A stretch of 64,000 nt of DNA from Eukaryota sp. GEM-RC1 (Eukaryota), in the NCBI GenBank assembly GCA_040285855.1, contig JAUFOQ010000016.1, positions 3,038,001-3,102,000 on the forward strand. Direction: 5' to 3'. The notes beneath the pieces are model-generated. The model had not been told where the DNA came from. It did not search any database and saw nothing but the letters and a program-made list of their open reading frames with translations. Of the stretch, positions 50,321 to 60,244 are shown piece by piece (positions within the stretch are counted from its first letter, which is position 1; every line of letters starts with the position of its first letter). Both the position numbers and the translations under genes were made by a program.

Positions 50321-50595
50321 GAGGAGAGAGAGTTGTATGTGGTGTACTACTATTAGTAGTATGTAGCAGTGTTCGAAGACACGCGTGGACACGTTTGGAC
50401 ACGGACACGGTGTCTTTTGAAAAACACGCAAAAAGACACGCAAAAAGACACCGCGTGTGTACGTGTTTTTCTGCAAAAAACCTAGAAAACTTCGAAAGTA
50501 CCCTTTTATTTCCCTCGATATTGTTTGACTTGAATGTTTTTCTATATGTTATACCACAATAGACTGCAATGCCAACAGAAAAGTGGCCAAAATAC

Positions 50596-51589
50596 CAGGG
50601 ATCGGAATTTATTGTATTGTATTGTATTGCACTTTTGCAAACTGCAACAATAAATAATTGTATTGTTAATCAATAATCACAAAATATTGTGAACAATATT
50701 GATTCTATTTGTACTGAAAAATATCATATACTAACATTTGCTAGTATGATACAGTCGATTTTGCAATGGTCATAGTCAGTGTTAATAATGACATTACTAG
50801 TTCATGGATGTACAAAAAGTAATTCACGATCGAAACACCACACATCTATTGGTAAAAGCGATGGCTATACAAAATCGTTGAAGAAAAAATGAAATACCAA
50901 GAACAATATACACGTATTTCTACACTCTACTTAGTATATGGTCCAGCAGATTGGCGGTAACAAGTGTTTGAAGGTATATCCCATGAAGGTATATTCTCAA
51001 AATTCGTGCATTTGTTAGCTACAAAAATTGTCTTAGGGTGTCATTCATTCAGAAGCAGACCGTCGCCATTGATATAATGTTTGAAGACAATAAATGCTAA
51101 AGAAAAACCAGAATTTCACACGAACTGTGAGAGTATACTAACAGTAAGAAGCTGCTCGGTGGAAAAGACGAATCTCCATGTACCAGCAACATACTTGTCT
51201 AAAATAGAATTCATATAGTGTTCACATTGAAAACACAACAACCAATATTTACTATTTATGGCGATAGTTTTGGACACATACATGACAATTTTATTCATTG
51301 AGTGGATGGATGTGGGATGCAGCGGTTGATAACTGCTGCATTAACAATCGTACTTCACATGGTTGTCTCTAGGAGAAGCAGTACGGTCGTCACAATCATC
51401 TCTGACCTCAAAAAGTTGTCACTGATCTGTTTGGATGAGTAGATCTTAGGAAAGTAGACATGAAAAATAATTTGTATTGTAATCAGTATATTTTATTTAT
51501 TGTATAATATTGTGGTACTCGAACAATAAATAATTGGGATATATTGTATTTAAATTATTTGTAGTGCAATTATTTAGTTCCGATCACTG
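50596..51589. mobile_element. Nested hAT element (TATTG repeats)
   Basis: TIR CAGGGATCGGAA / TTCCGATCACTG. TSD CAAAATAC at 50588-50595 and 51590-51597. Confidence 0.9.
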
Positions 51590-51795
51590 CAAAATACTGA
51601 CATGATGCGTTGTCAAACAAACCTAGAACACAATTTAACTCAACAGAATCACAGAAAATCCCATATTCAGTGATGGGATGTCAGATAAAGGCAAGAATTG
51701 GCCCAAAAGAATCTTTTGATAGTCAAACTCTGTATAGTTGATGAGAAATTTTGTTTCGAAAAAACACGCAAAAACACCCAAAAGACATATCAAAG

Positions 51796-52233
51796 CAGGC
51801 TTGTAAAAAACGTTCAAAAAGGACAAATCAACTTTTTCAACTTTTCACCTTTTTCTCACTTCATTTTCATCAACCAAATCTTCAATAGTTCGATCATTGC
51901 AGCTATGTTCTTTTGAGATTGGAAGCATAACACCATGGTGACGAAGTATAGTGCTCATCTGACGATGGTCGCGTGGTCAGGACGCGAAGATAACGGGATA
52001 CATGTAACAAAAACACTGTTTGAGTGTACCTGAAGGTCGTTTCACTCAGATACAGAACTAAAAAGCATATACTGTACCAGTATATGCAGGTGTTATTTGT
52101 CATTTTAAGACAAAATTGGAGTAGAAAGTCGTGCTTTTGTGTCAATCCAGAATATAAAAAACGTTGACAAGAATAAAAAACGTCGTTTTTTTCAAAATCC
52201 GTTTTAAACGTTTTTTATTAAGTGACAAGCCTG
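51796..52233. mobile_element. Nested hAT element (AAAACG repeats)
   Basis: TIR CAGGCTTGT / ACAAGCCTG. TSD TATCAAAG / CATCAAAG (7/8). Confidence 0.8.
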
Positions 52234-52376
52234 CATCAAAGACACCGTGTGGACACGCGTGTTAACACTGACACGGTGTCTTTTAAAAAACACGTGGGAA
52301 ATTTCGAACACTGGTATGTAGGCAATTCCTTCCAAAAATAGAAAGAGGTCCAACATTTGTTTCTCTCTTAGTCTCA

Positions 52377-53088
52377 ATGTCTATTGATCAAGATAAAGAT
52401 TTCCGATCTGAATATGTGTTCACCCAACAGGACATGCTGCAGTATGCATTCATTCGTAAGGTCTTCCTCTTGGTATTGGTGGTCCTGTGTCACATAATTG
52501 TGGTATCATCCGGTTTCATGTTCTGTGATAGGTTCCTTGGCTTCATCAGATCACGTACTTACATCTATATTGCCGTTGCAACGGTCACAGTGCTCTCCCC
52601 TCATTGCCATCTATCGTTTGAAACGGGTTAATGGTTGGAACCTCTTCAGTCTTTTTGTTTTCGCTACATGTATCGGCTTTTTCGTTGGAACCCTCGCCAG
52701 TAAATCTTCAGCCATCGTAGTAATAGCGGCCTTCGCCGTCACATGTGTCGTAGTTCTCTGCATAATTGTCTTCTCCTTCTGTCTTGCTAGCGCTTGGAGG
52801 ACAAAACATGGGATGATTGCTCTTGTTTCTGTGATTTCCATAGCATCTGTTCCACTTATACTTTTAGGCGTTACCTCCACAGTCCGATCTTTCTTTGGCT
52901 TCATTCTTCTGAGTCTTCTTCTTTCCTCGTTTCTCGTGCTCGATATCACCCTACTGGTAACAAGGACAGATCAAGGCGACTACCAATATGACAGTGATGA
53001 CTACATTATTGCGGCTACATCTGTGTTTGTGGATGTAGTCAACATCTTCTTTCTCATTCTGGCAATGCTGACGAGTCCCCAGGACTGA
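52377..53088 (+). CDS. Bax inhibitor-1/TMBIM (lifeguard-like) membrane protein; frameshift ~52597
   Basis: FIRKVF near the N-terminus, multiple TM segments, DDYIIAATSVFVDVVNIF. Confidence 0.88.
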
Positions 53089-53465
53089 TTTCAAGACTTT
53101 AATATGTATATTTTTCCTTTGGTCTTGTGATCTTTTTCTATTTCTGATTTCTTAAAATGTGACGAAATATCTCTGTACGTGTTGTTCTTTCTCTATTTTT
53201 CTTGAATCTGTTGATGAAAGGGCTGTGAATTATTAACTCAATCTTATTTTCTAGATGTGTATCTAAATGTATTGTACTTTCTTTTCCAGTCTTTTTTTTG
53301 ATTTTGAATAACAAAAGGTTTTAGTTCTGAATCACGTGTTTTTTATGCTTAGAGATGCATTGACAAACCACTTGATGATCAACGATTATCGAGTTTAAAT
53401 GACAACAATGCAGAAATCTTTATTGAGACAAACTAAACAAAGAAAGAAATAATTTACATCGCCAA

Positions 53466-54752
53466 TTAAACCCTATAATAACCATCCGAAACCGGCCGAT
53501 CCCGCAGCTTGATCCACATAAGATATACAACCAGCAGCAGCACACAAACAATGGCAACAACGGTATACATCTCTAGTTTAAACGCCCACGGTGTTCGTCG
53601 ACAGCCATATACATAAGATTCCACCTGTGGATCTTCAAAATCCAGCACTTCAACAAAGAAGTTTTGAGCTGACCAACTAATCACCCCATCCCTCCAGAGA
53701 TGTCTCTTGTTACTAAGTACATACATTTTGCCTTTAAAAAGTGCTATACTGGTGGGCCACGGATGGGTTCCTAAAAAGTCTCGCTGGTTAGGCAGCAGCG
53801 ACTTGTGTGACTTCCTCAGAAATGTTTTGAACAAACGTGACTTTTCCACGTCAGCAATGTACAGATAGTTTGCGTTTGACGATATCATTGTAGTGCTAGC
53901 ATACCCCTTTGATCCCAGGTTAACGACAGAGTGATTACCAACCTCATGGTCAACCTCTAAGAGATAGAGTTTCCGACTTGATAGAGGGCAGAGAAACAAC
54001 GTGGAAAAGTCACAAGACAATGCTAAAGAAGTGGCTCCTGACAGCAATGGATGATCTTTATATACTTGCCTGCTGCCTGCTTTGATTACTACTGAATTAT
54101 CGCTATTGACCGACTCATCGTCACTCAGTAGAGTCGAAAAGACATTGTTCTCGTAGGAATACATGACAAGAGAGCCCTTGGAAGGATTCTTTTCATCTGG
54201 CCATGAGTCACTGTTAGTAAAGTAAGCAATAAAACGATCTGAATCAATGACTATTTGAGAAAAAAAGGCAGACGAAGAGACCATGTAGGATGGTAAGTAT
54301 GCCACTCGGCGGGTGACTTGACGGTTAATATCGTAGACAACAAGCTTTGGAGAGGGTTTCTCATCATGTCCGGGAAGGTGGCCGTTATCTAGTATCCACA
54401 TGAAACCATTGGGGGTAATTTCGAAAGAATTCACAGAAAAGAGATGAGCAGGGGAATCTGGAGTGTTATACTTCAGAGAGGGGAATGCAGAGAAGGTCAT
54501 TGACTCTAAGTCTAAAGAAGCCAAGGTAACAGGAGTAGAATTTGACGACAAACGAGGAAAAGACATGAAAATCTGATCATTGAAGACCCGTATTGATGTA
54601 GGAACGACGTGTTTGAATAATTCTTGATCAAAGTAATGAGAATGTTCAGGTTCTGGAAGAGACAAATTGACAAAAGGAACAGAGAATGAGTCAACAGTAA
54701 AGGCTATGGCCGTTAGAAAGAGGAATGGTAGATAGGCTAGATATAGAAGCAT
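53466..54752 (-). CDS. Major royal jelly protein/yellow-like beta-propeller with signal peptide and C-terminal TM
   Basis: IFMSFPR, SVNSFEI..MWILDNG, PKLVVYDI, IVID..AYFTNS, LALSCDFSTLFLCPLSSRKLY, WP. Confidence 0.8.
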   Translation of the reverse strand: MLLYLAYLPFLFLTAIAFTVDSFSVPFVNLSLPEPEHSHYFDQELFKHVVPTSIRVFNDQIFMSFPRLSSNSTPVTLASLDLESMTFSAFPSLKYNTPDSPAHLFSVNSFEITPNGFMWILDNGHLPGHDEKPSPKLVVYDINRQVTRRVAYLPSYMVSSSAFFSQIVIDSDRFIAYFTNSDSWPDEKNPSKGSLVMYSYENNVFSTLLSDDESVNSDNSVVIKAGSRQVYKDHPLLSGATSLALSCDFSTLFLCPLSSRKLYLLEVDHEVGNHSVVNLGSKGYASTTMISSNANYLYIADVEKSRLFKTFLRKSHKSLLPNQRDFLGTHPWPTSIALFKGKMYVLSNKRHLWRDGVISWSAQNFFVEVLDFEDPQVESYVYGCRRTPWAFKLEMYTVVAIVCVLLLVVYLMWIKLRDRPVSDGYYRV

Positions 54753-55225
54753 GTGAAGTTGGAAAAAAAAGTTGGAGTTTGTTTCAAGCAATTCTGATTG
54801 AAATGTAACGCAAAAACGGTAGTGGATATAAGAAATATGCTGAAGGCTGTTGACTAGGATTATCGTTGAACCACAGAGATCAGTGATCGTCATACATTTT
54901 GTGAGTCCAAATCGAAATTTAAATTATTTCAATTATTTGGAGATCTAGTACAGCAACTCAAAGCCAAAACTTCTCAGCTATACTGAATGTTCACTAACTC
55001 TGTTTCACTCTATGTCTGATTTTTGAAGCACAGAAGATATCTTATGATATTACATACTATATTAAGTCTATGCAGATAGCTGTTTAAATATGAGTTTTTC
55101 ATATCATATTATCAACCTCTCTAGTCGATTAAGCCACGAAATGTGCTTATCCATTGAGTCTGTTCTATCATTCAATTCGCAATATGAGAACAACAACACT
55201 AAGTAAAAGATAATAAAACACAAGA

Positions 55226-55755
55226 TTTTCCTCTTCTGAAACATTATAGTGACAATAACGTGTTTGATTCTCGGCGTGGTGACTTAATTGCTCCTTTTCT
55301 GGATTCATCTCAAGTTGTGGTTGGTTTTACTACAGTTGACCCGTTTGCAAAAGTCTACCAAGACTCCATACTGAATGATTCAAATGGTCATCTGGAAAAG
55401 GCTGAACAGCGGAAGTGTTCAAATTATGCGGATGCTTTGCAGAAGCTTAATGAAAATCTATATTTTAAGTTTTCATTTGTTCCATTTGCAATTTCAATTT
55501 TTGGTAATATTGGTCCAGCCGGTTTAAAGTTTTTCAGTGATTTTAGTCTTTTATGTCGTTCTAATGGCAAGGTGTTTAATAGCGCTGTATGGATTAATCG
55601 AATTATGTTTGCTCTTTATAGAAGCATTCTCAAGTATTTTTGTTCCATTTATTCGAAGTTGTATAGGGACAATTCTCGTGTTGATGTGGAGAATTTAACT
55701 TCTTTCATTTTCTGAAACAGTATGTACTAATTTATTGTTGCAAATAAACTCTTAT
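55226..55755 (+). mobile_element. RLE family D 5'-truncated insertion
   Basis: RRGDL, FTTVDP, AEQRKCSNY, FVPFAISIFGNIG. 13-bp TSD ATAAAACACAAGA at 55213-55225 and 55756-55768. Confidence 0.85.
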
Positions 55756-55842
55756 ATAAAACACAAGAAATATTTTAGAACATTTAGTAATACAAGAACA
55801 ATTCAAAACACCGAGACAATCGGTCTGAAAAATTCATTAAAT

Positions 55843-57182
55843 TTAAATTTTCATCGATTTTAACGGAAGTAAATATTTTGCCGGCACTCCTTGTTTTTCC
55901 AGCTCCAAGATCTTCATCTCCTGCAGAGCTTGAATCTCTGCCTTCTCCTCAGCTCTCTTTTTCATTAAAGCTGCACCCTCAAGCATCCTCACCTTCTGCT
56001 CTTTCTGATAACGATCTCGCTGATCATGAATCTGAGATAGAAGATCTTGTTGATGTGACTGGCACTTCGTTGCAAACCTCTTCTCTTCTTCAATCAGTCT
56101 ACGCCTCTCAGCTTGTTGCTCCTTAGCTATTCTCTCAAACTCAGATTGTTCTTCTTCAATTAGAGAGGTCAACCTCGCTTCCTTCTCCATCAGTTGATTA
56201 GTTCTAGCTTCGGACAGCTCCTTCTGCAGCCTCTGCCTCTTCTTAGCTTCATTGAGTTCACGTTCCCTAGCCTTTCTATCCGCAGCTTCCATTGCTCTTC
56301 TGGCACGAAGCTCATCAAGTTGAGCTTGCTTATCCCTAGCTTTCTCTTGCTGAGCTCTTAACTTATTAATCTCTTGCTCCTTTTGCTGAGCTATACGTCT
56401 CTGTTCCTCGAGCCTCTTCTCCTCCTTTTCAGCCTTCTTACGTTGATATTCCAGGACAGCCAGATCCTCGTGCTTAGCTTGCTCCAACTCAATGCCTTTC
56501 TTCCGTGATAGCTGTTGATTGACTGTATTGAGCTCTACTCGAAGTTTCATGCTTTCTTGGATCTTTCTATCTCTTTCCGCTTCTTCTTCCCTTTTTAAGA
56601 GTTGAATGTGGTCTAATGCGGCTTTCTTTTCCTTTTCCAGTAGTTCTTCTTCTAATAAACGTTGTTGTTCTCTGTCTTTTTTCTGTTGGCGAATGATTTC
56701 TGCACCTTTAAGGGTTTGTTCCTTTTGTACAACTTCCTTTTCCTTTTCTCGTTGGATGGCTAATAGGCGGTCTTGCTCCATTACAGCGTCAAGGCGAGCC
56801 TGTTCTTCCTTTGTCTCCGAAGCAGCATTTGTTTTTCTTCAATTTGATGGTCCCTAATGGCTGCGCACTTAGCAAATAAAGCCATTGATTCTAGTTGCTT
56901 GGCAGTTTCCTGTTCCTCGGTTTTAAGGATTTTAGCTTTGGATTTGATGGGGTCGGTAGTAGAAGAAGCATTGAGATCAGGTTTGTTTATATCAGGAGTG
57001 GCACGTAGCTTTGAGATGCGGCTTTGTTGACGCTGGTAATTTTCAAGTCTCCTACGGCGCTTCTCAACGACATCAGAAGAAGTGTCTTGTAGTGCTCGAG
57101 AACGAATTGCATCAAGATCTGTTGGAGAAAGTACTGCTGAAGAGGATTTGGTAGAAGTATTTAAAGAGCGGGAAGTTACCAT
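55843..57182 (-). CDS. CFAP45: Cilia- and flagella-associated protein 45; frameshift ~56811
   Basis: AKCAAIRDHQI, LRAQQEKARDKQAQLDELRARRA, GVPAKY, long coiled coil. Confidence 0.85.
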
Positions 57183-57429
57183 GAAGCAAAGTTTCTTGAA
57201 CAGAAATTTCAAGGTTTTTACACACGCAAATGTATACACCTTTTGAAGCGTAATCTATCTTTATTCAGTACCCAATAAGGTAACCTTCCTACAAAACTAT
57301 GAAATTGTAAAAACAAACAAATAATACAAAGATTAAATCCAAACGACTTCATCACCACCCAGTAAAAGATTACGTTTATCAACATTAATCTTCACACCAA
57401 ACTTGTACAATTTCTCAATTAATCAAGAG

Positions 57430-57519
57430 CAGTGAATGCTAACACGTTCAGAAATAAAATCTAACACGTGTTAACACGCGTGTTACTTGTTAGGACGTGT
57501 TACGTGTTAGCGTTCACTG
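57430..57519. mobile_element. 90-bp hAT MITE (AACACG repeats)
   Basis: TIR CAGTGAATGCTAACACG / CGTGTTAGCGTTCACTG. TSD ATCAAGAG / ATCTAGAG. Empty site at ~31878. Confidence 0.9.
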
Positions 57520-57691
57520 ATCTAGAGAAATAGAAAGGCATATTCCGATATATGGAATACACTATACAGTTTTTCCATTCATCATTCTAAACTTACGCTT
57601 CTTTTATTTACACAATTCTTCGAAATCCTTGAAAAATTGATCACCAGCAGGACTAATAGATCCAAAAAGAGAAACAGCAAAAGGTTGAAAC

Positions 57692-59983
57692 CATAGTACG
57701 GAAAACACCGGGCGTGTTTGAACACGGTGTTGAGTGTGAACGTGTTCTGAACGTGTTGTAATTTTTCGAAGGGTGAATTGCGGTGTTTTCCCATTTATCC
57801 TTTTTTCCATCTCGTTTCCCACACATCAATTAGGAACCGTGTTTCCAGATGATAGAATCATTGTCAAGACATCTAAAACTGATTTATACTGTTGATTTAG
57901 TTCTACACTACAAGTTATCTTGGTGATATGGGTCAATAGGAAGTTCATCGTCATCCTCTTCTTCAGGATTCTCCACAGGCACAGCCTCCATATACTCCTC
58001 ATTCCATTGAACGAATTCTTCGATGCTTGAGCTCTTTCTCAACCGATTTTTAAGCTTAATATTAGCGTACATAAACACCAAGTCATCAAGAAGTGAATGA
58101 CTCATCCGATTTCGTCTCTTTGTTTTAATTATAGAATGAACACTCCAATTTCGTTCTGCAGCACCGCTTGAAGATGGCTGTCCAAGTATCTTCATGGCAG
58201 CCCGACGAAGAACCCCGTCTCTGGACCCTTCCTTATCCCACCACTTTCTGGCACTGCATTCTGATGCTTTAGCCCATAAACCCTGATCATCGTAGAAAAG
58301 TCTTTTGTTTTCGTAATTGTACAATTCATCGGAAACACCACTGACATCTACATCATTACCCAAAACTTTTTCTACGATTGTGCGAATTGCGTGCGTTTGG
58401 CGATCATTTCTATGCTGAAGTTCATGATGAAATTCAGGATCAAGAAAGTGAGCTGCAACGTGAAGATCAGTTATCATTTGTTGGGCACGTCGTTCTGTAT
58501 TAAGTTGAGATTTTGTGCCGGGGAAAGGAATGAAAGGCCTTCATATCTAACAACACAAAAATGAATGATTTAGTAACCAAATGTCTAGTTTTACTAAGCA
58601 TTTTGCTGATGGTACCACCATCACGATCTGTAAATCGAATAAGTTCAACGATCGGTCTCCAAAAGTTTGTAAGTTCAACAACCTTTGGCCAGAATTCATC
58701 TTCTAAATCGATAACCATTTTTTTAAAACTTACTCCTTCTTCTCTCATATGAACATTCAACCGCCTCATGGCATCAGTCACTTCATCACTCATAAAAGTA
58801 CTAACCAAATGTGGCTTCACAAGGAGGAGTCGCTCAAAAACTATGAAATTGGTGTAAAACCTGGTAACTGCAGGCTTTAGAAGCTTTAAAGGTGAACGTT
58901 CTTCGAAAGTCTCTCTAAAAGCTCCTTTATTGATAACGAATGTAATCAATCTTCTTACATTGTTTACCAATACGCCAATTGGTTCAATATCTTTGCAGCC
59001 CTTCATGATGAGATCCAATGTATGGCTGCTACAAGGGGAGTAGATCACATGATTGTACTCCATCTGAACTAGTTCAACAGCTTTGGGACAAACTGGAGCG
59101 TTGTCGGAAATAATTTGGGTGATCTTCTGTGGACCAACCTCTTGCATAATTTTAATAAATTCGTGAGCGATAAACTGACTGTCTTTTTTTACTACCAGTG
59201 CAGTCTATGTTTTTAATAAAATACGCACCTCGAAAATTCACCAGTAAAAAATTCAAATATGGTTTTCTTTCGATGTCTGACCAACCATCAAAAACAAGTG
59301 AACAACCATTTTTATTGAGATCTGTAAGAAACCCGCTCATTTGTGATTGCAGCAGCAACTTCTTTTCTGGAATCATTGTTTCCCGTAAAGTTTTATCACA
59401 TGGTAGTTTATACTTCGAATCTGACAGAATTTCGCAGAATTTCTGGAATTCGGGGTTATTGACGACATTAGGAGCAATTCCACAAGATGATAACATGTCA
59501 ACTAAAGCAACATCGCATCTGTCTTTAAATAGGTTTAAATCGCTGTAAAGATCATCAATTCTTGGTTGATTATCAGGAACAGCATTGGGTTCACAGTCAA
59601 TAAGACGGGGAAAGCCTTCTTTGACACGAACAGAGTTAAGTTTGGTTTGTGGCAGGATAGATAGCATCTTACAGGAACTTACTCCTCGTCCTGTTAGTTG
59701 AGGAATGAAGTGGCCAACAAAACGATGAGCGCTGCCTATCATAGATTTTTCACATGCAATACAAGCAACATTGTCTTTCCCATTAATCTTGGGTTCATCA
59801 GGGTTGAGTACTAAGAGGTCATACACAGGATGACGGGATCGGACCATTTTGAGAAATGATGAAGTGTAAGAGAGTGTTTGTGTGGTTGGGTGGCGGTGTT
59901 TTAGCGGTGTTCAACACGGTGTTGAGTGTGAACGTGTTCTGAACGTGTTGTAACTGGAAGAACACGTGTTTTTCCGTACTATG
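57692..59983 (-). mobile_element. Full-length hAT transposon
   Basis: TIR CATAGTACGGAAAA / TTTTCCGTACTATG. TSD GTTGAAAC at 57684-57691 and 59984-59991. A ~40-bp subterminal direct repeat at 57721 and 59913. Confidence 0.95.
57908..59847 (-). CDS. hAT transposase (BED-like finger, DUF659-type core, dimerisation domain); two frameshifts
   Basis: CIAC..H, FDGWSD, ISDNA, CSSHTLDL, TRF, AAHFLDP, WW, SSSGAAERNWS. Confidence 0.92.
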
Positions 59984-60244
59984 GTTGAAACACAAATTTG
60001 GAATATGAGTTTCTATTTAATTCTTCTACTTGAGAGTCATACTTGGAGTGTTTGAGCTTTTCAGCAGCTGTTAACGGGTAAATTTTTTTCATCATTTATT
60101 TAACTGTCATTTATTTATCAGTAAGATCTATTTTTGACAATAGTATCCGGGATAAATTTCTTCTTGTACAAACAAGTCCTTAATTCAGGTTTATATCAAA
60201 ATTCACACATGCTGAGAAAACACAAAACAGTAAACTAAAGTTAT

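Larger units (their letters stand above)
50367..52313. mobile_element. hAT MITE (GACAC/ACACG repeats) hosting two nested elements
   Basis: TIR CAGTGTTCGAA / TTCGAACACTG. TSD GTATGTAG at 50359-50366 and 52314-52321. Confidence 0.92.
57260..60078 (-). mobile_element. RLE family A 3' fragment, interrupted by two hAT insertions
   Basis: 57260-57691 and 59984-60078 align continuously with ~31720-32138 once the inserts are removed. Confidence 0.88.

Noticed and set aside
55234..55719. TTCTGAAACA as a TSD shared with family C's TTCTAAACA (a common target site)
   Set aside because: The left copy lies in element coding sequence (LKHY), and a longer exact 13-bp TSD lies outside it.
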